From Candidatus Melainabacteria bacterium RIFCSPHIGHO2_02_FULL_34_12 (GTDB lineage: Bacteria > Cyanobacteriota > Vampirovibrionia > 2-02-FULL-35-15): a stretch of 64,000 bases of DNA. The notes below the pieces were generated by a model, which worked only from the letters and a program-made list of their open reading frames with translations, was not told where the DNA came from and did no database searches. A program made the translations under genes and the position numbers. The stretch covers positions 101,733 to 165,732 of the forward strand of contig MFRM01000020.1 of assembly GCA_001784555.1 (NCBI GenBank), written 5' to 3'. How positions within the stretch are numbered: the first letter of the stretch is position 1; each line of letters opens with the position of its first letter. Of the stretch, positions 51,092-60,273 are shown in pieces.

Positions 51092-51869
51092 TATTCCATT
51101 TGTAACTCTTGTATCCCCAGGCTCAGTAGCATTTCAAATTGGCACTTGGCCTGTCAGATGGTATGGAATTTTTGTTGCTTTTGGTTTTCTTGTGGCTTAT
51201 TTTCTGGCTGAAAGACTTATTCAGAAAAATAATTTAAGTGTTTTGCATTTTGCTGATTTAATATTTTGGATATTAATTTCAAGTGTAGCTTTTGCAAGAT
51301 TGTATTTTGTATTTTTAAGCTGGGATTATTTCAAGGAGCATTTAAATGAAATACCGAAAATCTGGTATGGTGGACAATCCATTCATGGCGGCATTTTTGG
51401 GACAATCTTGGCTACCCTGGTATATTGCAGGATTAAAAAAATCTCTTTTTATAAATACATTGATGTAATTGCATTGGTTGCTCCGCTTGGGCAATCAATT
51501 GGCAGATGGGGGAATTTCTTTAACAATGAAGCCTTTGGGCTGCCTGTAAAGAATTCTTTTATTCGTTTATATATTCCTCAGGAATTTCGACCTGATAGGT
51601 TTATTGTCTCTGAATATTTTCATCCTGTTTTTTTATATGAATCATTGATAAATCTTGCAATTTTTATTTTTTTGTTTAAAAAGTATTCTGAATGGAAAAA
51701 AAATTCAGGGAAAGTATTCTGGTTTTATCTTCTTTCTTATTCTGTTATAAGATTTTTCCTGGAATTTATTCGAACAGACAGTTTATATGTTTTTGGTCAT
51801 TTTGCAGGGGCACAAGTCATAAGCGTTATAATATTTATCGTTAGCGTCTTTTTTTTAATGAAACGCTAG
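51078..51869 (+). CDS. lgt: Prolipoprotein diacylglyceryl transferase
   Basis: RWYG, SIHGG, GRWGNFFNNE, HP.FLYES. Confidence 0.95.
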   Translation: MMLNNIPFVTLVSPGSVAFQIGTWPVRWYGIFVAFGFLVAYFLAERLIQKNNLSVLHFADLIFWILISSVAFARLYFVFLSWDYFKEHLNEIPKIWYGGQSIHGGIFGTILATLVYCRIKKISFYKYIDVIALVAPLGQSIGRWGNFFNNEAFGLPVKNSFIRLYIPQEFRPDRFIVSEYFHPVFLYESLINLAIFIFLFKKYSEWKKNSGKVFWFYLLSYSVIRFFLEFIRTDSLYVFGHFAGAQVISVIIFIVSVFFLMKR

Positions 51870-51894
51870 ATCTCTGTACTTCATTGCAGAATTG

Positions 51895-51990
51895 CAGATT
51901 TTCTCAAGCACTTGCCGGGGACAAACTTTTTTGGTTTTTTCGCTACGCTCAAAAGCCCAAAAAAGTGTCCCCTCGGCTTGAGAAAATCTG
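51895..51990. repeat. 96-bp hairpin/MITE-like element
   Basis: 15-bp perfect terminal inverted repeat CAGATTTTCTCAAGC; apical TTCGCTACGCTC. Confidence 0.8.
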
Positions 51991-52023
51991 GGTTACATAA
52001 AACTTGTAAGGTTTAATAATGTT

Positions 52024-52947
52024 ATGAAACAACGAAAAGATAAAAAAACAATCATGGGCATAGACATAGGCGGTACAAAAATTGCTGCTGCACTTGTATC
52101 CAGCGGAAGGCTCATGACTCCTGTATACAGTGTTCATACGCTTCACGGCAGTAAAATCTTAAATCAAGTCAGTAAATTTTATGAAAAGTTCTCTAAGAAA
52201 TATCTTATAAGCGGGATTGGAATTTCAACAGCAGGAATGGTAAGTGACGATGGAAGAATTGTCGGTTCTACTGGAAATATTCCAGGCTGGCAAGGAACTA
52301 AAGTAAAAGAAACACTGCAGAAAAAATATCGATTACCGATAGTGGTAGAAAATGATGCTAATGCTGCAGCTTATGCTGAGTATCAGATTGGTTCTGCAAA
52401 AGGTGCAAATCCTCTGCTTATGATTACTCTGGGGACTGGTGTAGGCGGCGGTGTTGTAGTTAATGGAAAACTGGTTCGCGGAGCACATTATGCCGGAGGT
52501 GAAATTGGGCATATAAAATTAAGTTATACGAAGCAGAGACATTGTACATGCGGAAGATATGACTGTCTGGAAGCATATGCTTCTGGGAATGGATTACTTG
52601 CTTTAATAAAACATTATTTTCCGGAGAATTATAAAAAAATAACTACCAGGGATTTGTTCAGGCTTGCAAAATCAAAAAATAAAAATGCTATTTTTGCAAT
52701 CAGGGCAGTTGAAGATTGGCATTTTTATATTGCACTTGGAATTTGTAACTTATTTCAATTAATTGATCCAAAAAAAATTGTTTTATCCGGAGGTTTATCC
52801 AGTGAAATTGATATAAATTATCTAACTAAAGAAACCAGAAAGCTTCTTTTGCCTGCTCTTGAAAAATCAGTGCACATTGAAAAAAGTGTTTTAAACAATG
52901 ATGCAGGGCTTCTTGGGGCAGCTCTTTTAGCCAGCCAATCATTATAA
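52024..52947 (+). CDS. ROK family sugar kinase
   Basis: GIDIGGTK, ENDANAAA, LGTGVGGG, EIGH, CxCGxxxC. Confidence 0.92.
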   Translation: MKQRKDKKTIMGIDIGGTKIAAALVSSGRLMTPVYSVHTLHGSKILNQVSKFYEKFSKKYLISGIGISTAGMVSDDGRIVGSTGNIPGWQGTKVKETLQKKYRLPIVVENDANAAAYAEYQIGSAKGANPLLMITLGTGVGGGVVVNGKLVRGAHYAGGEIGHIKLSYTKQRHCTCGRYDCLEAYASGNGLLALIKHYFPENYKKITTRDLFRLAKSKNKNAIFAIRAVEDWHFYIALGICNLFQLIDPKKIVLSGGLSSEIDINYLTKETRKLLLPALEKSVHIEKSVLNNDAGLLGAALLASQSL

Positions 52948-52955
52948 TAAATTTT

Positions 52956-53642
52956 ATGAATAAAGATTTTAAAGCTGTCTTATTTGATCTTGTAGGCACT
53001 TTAATTTATGTGAAAAATTCGGTCGGGGCTATATATTCTAATGTTGCTTCTTCTTATGGAATTAAAACTGACATAAAAAAACTTGATTATGCTTTTAAAA
53101 GTGTTATTCACCAAGAATCTCAGCCAACGGGCGGTGAAGAAGCTGAAAAGAAATGGTGGAAAAAGATTGTAAATAAAACATTTGGTTTGGCTGGATATGA
53201 TTTAAAAGAAAAATCTGAAGAAGTATTTGAAGCTATATTTAAAGAATTTACTGGTAAAAATGCATGGGGAATTTATCCTGATGCAATTCAAACTTTAAAA
53301 AAATGTTGTGAAACTTCTCTAAAATTAGGACTTATTTCAAATTTTGACAGCAGATTAGAGGTGATTTTAAAAGAGTTAGATCTTTATAAATATTTTAATT
53401 GTTTGTCTTATTCAGGAAAGGTTAGATATTCAAAACCTGATCCTAGGATTTTTCAGTTTGCACTTAAAGAGCTAAACATATTACCTGAAGAGGCTCTTTA
53501 TATAGGTGATAGCTTAGACATTGATTATTATCCTGCTTTGGATTTAAATATAAATGCAATTCTTATTAACAGAAATCATGAGTGCTTAGATAAAAATGTT
53601 AAGAGGGTAACTAGTCTTAATGAGATATTTGTAATAGTTTAA
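52956..53642 (+). CDS. HAD-IA family hydrolase
   Basis: FDLVGTL, ISNFD, KPDPRIF, GDS. Confidence 0.9.
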   Translation: MNKDFKAVLFDLVGTLIYVKNSVGAIYSNVASSYGIKTDIKKLDYAFKSVIHQESQPTGGEEAEKKWWKKIVNKTFGLAGYDLKEKSEEVFEAIFKEFTGKNAWGIYPDAIQTLKKCCETSLKLGLISNFDSRLEVILKELDLYKYFNCLSYSGKVRYSKPDPRIFQFALKELNILPEEALYIGDSLDIDYYPALDLNINAILINRNHECLDKNVKRVTSLNEIFVIV

Positions 53643-53644
53643 TT

Positions 53645-53711
53645 ATCATCCTGAGCCACAGATGAAGGATCTCTGAACGTAAGGAGATTCTTCGCTAACG
53701 CTCAGAATGAC
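53645..53711. repeat. GTCAT-ended (CGTC-type) REP-like element
   Basis: TCATCCTGAGC...GAAGGATCTC...GAGATTCTTCGCTAACGCTCAGAATGAC. Confidence 0.8.
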
Positions 53712-53736
53712 ATATCATTGTAGAATTATATTACTT

Positions 53737-54564
53737 ATGCCAATTACCACTCACACTATTAAAGAATATAAAAAACAAGGCAGAAAAATTGTTGCATTAA
53801 CTGCATATGATTACAGTACTGCAAAAGCACTTGATAAAGCCGGTGTAGATATTATCTTAGTGGGAGACAGTCTGGCTCAGGTAGTTTTAGGGCATGAAAA
53901 TACTTTATCAGTAACTATGGATGAAATGCTTCACCATGCAAAAGCTGTTGTAAAAGGAGCTGAAAATGCAATGGTAGTTGTAGACATGCCATTTTTAAGT
54001 TATCAGGTCAGTAAAAAAGAAGCTGTTTATAATGCCGGAAAGTGCCTACAAATCGGAGCGAATGCAGTAAAGCTGGAAGGAGCTTCAAAGAATATTTTAA
54101 AAACCATAAAAAAAATGGTAGATATTGGTGTTCCTGTTTTAGGCCATATTGGTTTTACTCCTCAGTCTGTAAATGCACTTGGCGGGCATAGGGTGCAGGG
54201 CAGAACTGCAGATTCAGCTAAAAAACTTCTTGAAGAAGCAATGGCTCTTGAAGAAGCCGGGTGTTTTGGTATTGTACTTGAGCTGGTTCCAGCTGAAACT
54301 GCAGCACTTATAACTGAAGGAATAAATATTCCCACGATTGGAATAGGTGCAGGTCCTGACTGTGACGGGCAGATATTAGTAACAGATGATTTGCTTGGAA
54401 AGTTTACTGATTTTAAACCCAGCTTTGTAAAAAGGTATGCTGAGCTTGGAAAAGAAACTGAAAACGCTGTAAAGAATTTTATTTTTGATGTACAAAACAA
54501 AAAATATCCACAAATTGCCGAGAGCTTTTTTATGTCAGAATCAGAGGTACAGAGATTAAAATAA
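53737..54564 (+). CDS. panB: 3-methyl-2-oxobutanoate hydroxymethyltransferase
   Basis: LTAYDY, LVGDSL, DMPFLSY, VKLEG, GIGAG..CDGQ; start set at MPITT. Confidence 0.96.
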   Translation: MPITTHTIKEYKKQGRKIVALTAYDYSTAKALDKAGVDIILVGDSLAQVVLGHENTLSVTMDEMLHHAKAVVKGAENAMVVVDMPFLSYQVSKKEAVYNAGKCLQIGANAVKLEGASKNILKTIKKMVDIGVPVLGHIGFTPQSVNALGGHRVQGRTADSAKKLLEEAMALEEAGCFGIVLELVPAETAALITEGINIPTIGIGAGPDCDGQILVTDDLLGKFTDFKPSFVKRYAELGKETENAVKNFIFDVQNKKYPQIAESFFMSESEVQRLK

Positions 54565-54578
54565 ACGGCTGAGAAACT

Positions 54579-54605
54579 GTAAGGGCAGACTTTATGTCTG
54601 CCCTT
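54579..54605. repeat. GTAG-type palindrome after panB
   Basis: gtaagggcagac-tttat-gtctgccctt. Confidence 0.75.
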
Positions 54606-54626
54606 TTTATGTGGAATAATAAATCT

Positions 54627-55361
54627 ATGGTAAATAAACAACAATTACGCAATGCAATAAAAAAAAAAGACGGCTGGTGGGCATCAATATTTTCAGGACC
54701 CATTGCAAATATTTTATTAATTTTTATTTGTGATGTTAAATGGATAACACCGAACTGTGTAACCACATCTTCTTTATTTACATGTATTCTTGCAGCAGCT
54801 TTTATATCTGTCGGTGCACCAATATTTTTAATTACAGGTGCAGTTTTAGTCCAGATTGTTTTTATCCTGGATTGTTTAGACGGGCAGTTAGCCAGGTATC
54901 GCGAAGCATCCAGTAATTTTGGTGCATGGTATGACAGGGTTACGGATAGAATAAAGGATTTTCTTATTTATTTTTCAATTGCATTTGGGCATTTCAGAGT
55001 TTATTCTGATTGGAAAATATGGCCCCTGGCAATGAGCAGTTTATTTATAGTTTATTTGTTTGATTACTATGTAAATCAGGACATAAAACTTGAAGCTGTC
55101 AAAAATGTTGATAAAAGTACAAAAGAAACTAAATGTCCTATTACAAAATGCCTGAATTTAATTTTTTCAATTGGAGAAAAAGTATATAAGTTTCTTCCAA
55201 TACTTCAGTTTCATCTGGGTGAGCAATATCTTATAATTTCAATATTTTTATTTTTTAATCAAACCAGACTTATGTTTTACCTGATTATAGTTATGGGTAT
55301 TTTTTATTCTATTTATTGGCCTGTGTCAAAGTACTACGGAAGGAAGCCTGAAACAACATAA
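54627..55361 (+). CDS. CDP-alcohol phosphatidyltransferase family protein
   Basis: TPN, DCLDGQLAR...G..YD...D signature. Confidence 0.9.
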   Translation: MVNKQQLRNAIKKKDGWWASIFSGPIANILLIFICDVKWITPNCVTTSSLFTCILAAAFISVGAPIFLITGAVLVQIVFILDCLDGQLARYREASSNFGAWYDRVTDRIKDFLIYFSIAFGHFRVYSDWKIWPLAMSSLFIVYLFDYYVNQDIKLEAVKNVDKSTKETKCPITKCLNLIFSIGEKVYKFLPILQFHLGEQYLIISIFLFFNQTRLMFYLIIVMGIFYSIYWPVSKYYGRKPETT

Positions 55362-55491
55362 ATACTAATCTCAAAATTAAATATATTTAATAATCATTCA
55401 AACATATCCTTTTAAATTAATTCTTTTTAAATATACTAATTCTGCTTATAGCCGAATGATATGATTTACAAATCAATTTTAGGAGAAAAAT

Positions 55492-56538
55492 ATGCCAAGA
55501 ATAGAAAAAAATAGTGAATTATATATATGTCGTTATGCAATCGGTCCTGACTCAAAACCAAGAATAGGATTAGTTTTAGATAAAGGTGACGGCTTAAGAA
55601 AAGATGTAGTTATAGGAGATTTAAGTGAAAGACTTGCTGAGCGTTTGCAAGTTAGAACAGTTAGCGATCTTGGAGAGTTAAATGATCCTGTAACTGTAGT
55701 AAAAAAATTGGCTCGCACTACAAAAGCTTTGTCAGCAGATAAATTGGCAAATGTACATTTTCTACCCTGTATTGATAATCAAGAAGTAGAAGCTGCTGGA
55801 GTCACTTACATGACAAGTATAGATGCAAGAACTGATGAATCAGGTACTGATATTTATAAGGCAGTAGGAAGAAATAAAAGACCAGAAATTTTCGGTAAGT
55901 CTCATCCTAGGAAAGTTATAGGTCCTGGAGCACCTCTTGCTATTCGCCATGATTCAAAATGGAATGTTCCTGAAGGGGAATTTACACTTGTGTTTAATAG
56001 CCAAGGGCAATTACTGGGTGTGACAGCTGGCAATGATATGAGCTCAAGAGATATTGAAGGTGACAATCCTCTCTATTTACCACAGGCTAAAGTTTATAAC
56101 CAATCATGTGGTATAGGAGCATTCATGAGGATAGGTACATCTTTAGATCAATTAAAAGAAGAAGCTGTGATTAAGCTGGAAATCCTCCGAAATGGTGAAC
56201 CACTTATAACTCCTTTGGAAGGAAGAGTAAGTGATATTCAAAGAACTTTTCAAGAGCTACGAGATTATTTATTTAACAGCAGGACTTTTGAAAGTGGAGT
56301 AGCTTTACTTACTGGTACAAATACTGTACCTGCGATGAAACATGTTCTTTCGGGTTCAGGTTATGAAGGTATAGATGTTCCTGGTAGAGAAGGAAAACAA
56401 TTTTCACTTGAAGATGGAGATTTGGTAAAAATAACGATTAGCGGTGTATGTCCGCTTGATAATCCAATAGTAAGACTGCCTAATATGTCTGAAGGTTTAC
56501 CGCCACTTGATTTTCCAAGTGTAACTCACAGTAGTTAA
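55492..56538 (+). CDS. Fumarylacetoacetate hydrolase family protein (2-keto-3-deoxy-pentonate dehydratase-like)
   Basis: AAGVTY, RPEIF.K, WNVPEGE, GNDMSSRDIEG.NPLYLPQAK, LLTGT. Confidence 0.85.
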   Translation: MPRIEKNSELYICRYAIGPDSKPRIGLVLDKGDGLRKDVVIGDLSERLAERLQVRTVSDLGELNDPVTVVKKLARTTKALSADKLANVHFLPCIDNQEVEAAGVTYMTSIDARTDESGTDIYKAVGRNKRPEIFGKSHPRKVIGPGAPLAIRHDSKWNVPEGEFTLVFNSQGQLLGVTAGNDMSSRDIEGDNPLYLPQAKVYNQSCGIGAFMRIGTSLDQLKEEAVIKLEILRNGEPLITPLEGRVSDIQRTFQELRDYLFNSRTFESGVALLTGTNTVPAMKHVLSGSGYEGIDVPGREGKQFSLEDGDLVKITISGVCPLDNPIVRLPNMSEGLPPLDFPSVTHSS

Positions 56539-56549
56539 TAAACTAAAAC

Positions 56550-56981
56550 CTAAGCAGCGTCAGCTCTTGCTGTCTGACCATTATCTAGCCATGCAGGTCT
56601 TTGATTTGACGTAAATGAAATGGTAGCTGGTTCATCACTGGAAACATATTTTCTTATTTCACCTGATTTTACTGCTGCTTCACCTGCAACATCTATATGA
56701 ACTACCCAGCCATGTTTCATTGGAATACTTAAAATTCTATCTAAAAGAGTTCTTTCATCTTCAGCAACAGTTGCAGGATTTATGTTTTGAATAAAATCAA
56801 CTACAGCATCAGAATCTTTAAATCCGCTTGCAAATAAGTCTTTGTATAAATTTGCCAGTTCTGTATGTCCGGCTCTTTCAGTCATTACTGCAAGTATGGG
56901 TATTCTTGTATTAAATTTGCTGCCAATATGGGGTGTTTCTTTACCAAAGAGCCAATTTTCAATAACCTGCAATATTTTCAT
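56550..56981 (-). CDS. Hypothetical protein (143 aa)
   Basis: GGAG RBS, ORF fills the space; no recognised motif. Confidence 0.65.
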   Translation of the reverse strand: MKILQVIENWLFGKETPHIGSKFNTRIPILAVMTERAGHTELANLYKDLFASGFKDSDAVVDFIQNINPATVAEDERTLLDRILSIPMKHGWVVHIDVAGEAAVKSGEIRKYVSSDEPATISFTSNQRPAWLDNGQTARADAA

Positions 56982-57078
56982 AAAATCTCCAATAAACTTT
57001 TTAAATATTTTTCTATTTCTATTTTGATAGTAGCAAAATGTTTTTTTGTTTTGTGAAAGATTAGAAAAAATTTATCTA

Positions 57079-57109
57079 TCCGCCGAAGGACGGACCCGCC
57101 TTGGGCGGA
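57079..57109. repeat. Twin GC-rich mini-hairpins
   Basis: tccgccgaaggacgga cccgccttgggcgga in an AT-rich divergent spacer. Confidence 0.6.
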
Positions 57110-57243
57110 AAAATAAAGGAAAGATAAAAATTATGCCGATGGAATAGTTTGTTTACAAAATAGCTCTTCTTAACCCGAGTTCTTAACTAAAAAAAGCTAG
57201 TATCGAAATATAGCCTAAAGCTATTTATTTAAGGAAGACACAA

Positions 57244-58206
57244 GTGATTAGTTTAACTCAATCAATAGTGCCAACGCTTTGTAGGCCATGGACATGGCTA
57301 CTTTCCAAATGCAGAGGCTCTCCGACTTATGAAACCATAAGTAACTTTTGTAAAACTGAACAAAAAAGCGCACTTTATACTCCATCTAATACTTTTGGCA
57401 TTGGAGTGTTTGCTCTTGGACTTTTAGGGGCAATAGTTTCTAAGTCAAAAATAATTTTTAGTTTCTTAGCATTGCTTGGCGGTGGACTTTTGGTTTATGG
57501 CTTATATGGTTTTAATAAGTTAAATAAATTCATATCTTATATAAGTGATTTTGCTAGTGGTAGAGAGTCTAGACCAAGAAAAACCCCAAGAAATGATAAT
57601 CATTCTGTAAGTCCAACTGAATTAACAAATGAACAAAGCTTAGCTTTAATGGATGAACAACTTAGTCATGCAAGAGTTGCTGGAGAGCAAAATTTAAACA
57701 GAGTTAAATCAGAATTAGATCGGCGTACAGGTATTGTAAGGCAAATTAGAGAAGGAATGACAGGTGGAGCCGCTGATGACAGTCCTGGAAATTCTGGCAA
57801 ACAAAGTGTTGCAGTTATAGTCCGTTCTTCTGACAGATCTGGAACATCTAATCCTCCACGAAAAATTTCACCTGTGGAATTGATTGATTCTGATGGTAGC
57901 GTAATAAGACTTGGAAATAATGGTGTTATAGACTGGTTATTACAAAGAGGAGAAGAATTAACAGGTGCCATTACAAATGCAATTAATAGGTTACCCCTTA
58001 CAAAGCTTCGTAGTGGAGCAGCATCTCTTCTTGCTGCTTACTACAGAGGAGGACCGGAAGAGACATTACGTCGAGCATTAGAAATGGCAGAGGAAGTAGT
58101 GAATCCTCCAAACAGCACAGTCATTAATCAACCTGTTGATCAAAGTAATGTAATAGATGCTGAATTTACAGTTAGATCTGTTGAACCGCTTGATAGTAAA
58201 AGTTAA
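57244..58206 (+). CDS. Hypothetical protein with hydrophobic hairpin and coiled coil
   Basis: AGGAAG RBS, two adjacent TMs near the N-terminus, long polar tail. Confidence 0.7.
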   Translation: MISLTQSIVPTLCRPWTWLLSKCRGSPTYETISNFCKTEQKSALYTPSNTFGIGVFALGLLGAIVSKSKIIFSFLALLGGGLLVYGLYGFNKLNKFISYISDFASGRESRPRKTPRNDNHSVSPTELTNEQSLALMDEQLSHARVAGEQNLNRVKSELDRRTGIVRQIREGMTGGAADDSPGNSGKQSVAVIVRSSDRSGTSNPPRKISPVELIDSDGSVIRLGNNGVIDWLLQRGEELTGAITNAINRLPLTKLRSGAASLLAAYYRGGPEETLRRALEMAEEVVNPPNSTVINQPVDQSNVIDAEFTVRSVEPLDSKS

Positions 58207-58472
58207 TTTAATTCTTTCCCCTGTACATAATTACACTTGTAATTTAGGCTTCAAATCAATCATTTAGATTCAGTTAAATGCAAAAATTAAAATATTAATA
58301 ATTAATATTGGCAAACCCTTTGGCCATGAGGGTTTCATAAATCATGTAAGAAATCCTTTAAAAACTGTCAAAAAACCACTTCTGACACTGACATCGTTAC
58401 AAGCCGGGAACAATGTGGCATATACAGCTCATCTTTCAGGGAGATGTCTCGCTGGAAGAAAAGGAGTTAATC

Positions 58473-59168
58473 ATGAAACTTGTAAATGGAATCTTAACTG
58501 ACGTATGGGGTAGTCTGCAAGCTAGTTTTAAGCTATTGTGGTCAGCGGTATCCCCAATACTTCTGCCTCTTATACTCGTACTGGTTGTACTTGTACTGGG
58601 TCTATGGATTAGTGGATTTCTTGGGAATAAAATTGCTGTAATACTTAAAAAAGCAAAAATTGATGATGTGCTGGATAAGATACTTTTCTCGCACTTATCA
58701 AAGCTTACAGGCATTGATGTCAGTGCCTCGGCACTTATTGGTGATGCAGTTAAATGGTTTTTAACTGCTACTGTAATAATTACAGCACTGGATCTTGCAG
58801 GGCTTGTAAGTGTTATTGGTTTCATTCATAGTGCAATTCATTATCTGCCAAGCATATTCATAGCAGTGTTAATTGTATTGGTGGGTGCTCTTATTTCTGA
58901 CTTTGTAGTAGTGATTGTTAAATACCTTACTAATTCAGATAAGGGACACCTTATAACCACTTCAAGACTTGCAGTAAATCTGTTTGCTCTTATTGCTGCA
59001 CTTCACCATCTGCTTGCACCTCTTGCAGGTTCATTCAACCACTTGTTAAACAATGTGTTGGCATTAACACAGTCACAAACCAATGCACTTTTTATAGGTC
59101 TGTTGGTTTTAATACTGCTTGCCAGCAAAAACATTGTTACTAAAACAGTTGAAACCCTGTATAAATAG
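58473..59168 (+). CDS. Membrane protein with MscS-type/CmpX-like TM-helix repeats
   Basis: AAGGAG RBS; LP.I..A.LI...G repeats, ALD..GL..V..F....I.YLP. Confidence 0.7.
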   Translation: MKLVNGILTDVWGSLQASFKLLWSAVSPILLPLILVLVVLVLGLWISGFLGNKIAVILKKAKIDDVLDKILFSHLSKLTGIDVSASALIGDAVKWFLTATVIITALDLAGLVSVIGFIHSAIHYLPSIFIAVLIVLVGALISDFVVVIVKYLTNSDKGHLITTSRLAVNLFALIAALHHLLAPLAGSFNHLLNNVLALTQSQTNALFIGLLVLILLASKNIVTKTVETLYK

Positions 59169-59207
59169 CTAGGCAGTAAATCAATACTTTATAAGAGGGT
59201 AACAAAG

Positions 59208-60233
59208 TTACCCTCTTGGATCTAGGATATCTCTCAATTTATCGCCGACTAAATTAAAGCAAAGTACAGAAATAAAAATACAAAACGCTGGTAGCAGTAA
59301 AATCCACGGTCTAATTAACATATTTGAAAGTTCTTTTCCTTCACTTAGAATATTTCCCCAGCTAGGATCTGGCTGAGTTATTCCTAATCCTAAAAAGCTA
59401 AGAGCACTTTCTCCTATGATAAATCCAGGGATTGAAAGTGTAGCTGCAATGATTACGTAGCTGGTAGTCTGAGGAAGGATATGCCGGATAATTATATTTA
59501 AGTCGCTTATGCCTATTGCTTTTGCTGCCTGAACATACTCTTCTTCTTTTATTGATAAAACCTGTCCTCGTATGACCCTGCTAAGCCCAGCCCAGCTTAC
59601 AAATGAAAGTATTACTGTAATGAGCAAAAATCTTTGAGAGTTAGAAATGTTTGCAGGTAAAATACTTGCCAGCACCACTATCAGATATAAATAAGGAAGA
59701 CTCATAAGTGCTTCTGCAATTCTCATCATAAAATTATCAATGGCTCCTCCCAGATATCCGGCTATGCCGCCGTATAATAAACCCAGCGGAAAAACTATTA
59801 ACAAGCCTATAAAACCAATAGTCAGGCTGGGTCTGCCGCCATGTAGAATTCTTGAAAAAATATCTCTTCCATTTCTGTCAGTTCCAAATAAATAAATTCT
59901 TTCATTGCCTGAAACTCCAAAAAGATGATGGTTTATAAAAAACTGTAAGTAATGTTTTTTAGTTTTGTCTTCAATTATTTCTTTTGTGAAAGTTTCATTA
60001 TTAAATGTATAAATAGTTTTATAAACAAAAGGAAAAGATAACCCTTTATCATCAAAAATATAAATCATTGATGGCGGTAAATAGCTGGCTTTAGGATCCC
60101 GTGAATTAGGGTGATAGGGTGAAATAAAATCACAAAACGCAATAAAAGCATAAAGGATTAAAAGAATTATCAAACTAATTCTTGCAATCGGGTCTTTCGT
60201 AATTTTATTTATTATATTCACCGGTTTTGTCAT
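59208..60233 (-). CDS. Peptide/nickel ABC transporter permease (OppC/DppC)
   Basis: FGTDRNGRDIFSR, EYVQAAKAIG, ESALSFLGLG, GDKLRDILDPR. Confidence 0.93.
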   Translation of the reverse strand: MTKPVNIINKITKDPIARISLIILLILYAFIAFCDFISPYHPNSRDPKASYLPPSMIYIFDDKGLSFPFVYKTIYTFNNETFTKEIIEDKTKKHYLQFFINHHLFGVSGNERIYLFGTDRNGRDIFSRILHGGRPSLTIGFIGLLIVFPLGLLYGGIAGYLGGAIDNFMMRIAEALMSLPYLYLIVVLASILPANISNSQRFLLITVILSFVSWAGLSRVIRGQVLSIKEEEYVQAAKAIGISDLNIIIRHILPQTTSYVIIAATLSIPGFIIGESALSFLGLGITQPDPSWGNILSEGKELSNMLIRPWILLLPAFCIFISVLCFNLVGDKLRDILDPRG

Positions 60234-60241
60234 TTCTTCTT

Positions 60242-60273
60242 TCGCCCTATCGCTGGCTCGCCGTTACGCCGTA
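60242..60273. repeat. 4x 8-bp TCGCCNNN tandem repeat overlapping the OppB stop codon
   Basis: tcgcccta tcgctggc tcgccgtt acgccgta. Confidence 0.75.

Noticed and set aside
55428..57142. Sigma-28-like promoters (GCCGAATG at 55451, GCCGATGG at 57135)
   Set aside because: TAAA to GCCGA spacing is 17-19 rather than about 15; not supportable.
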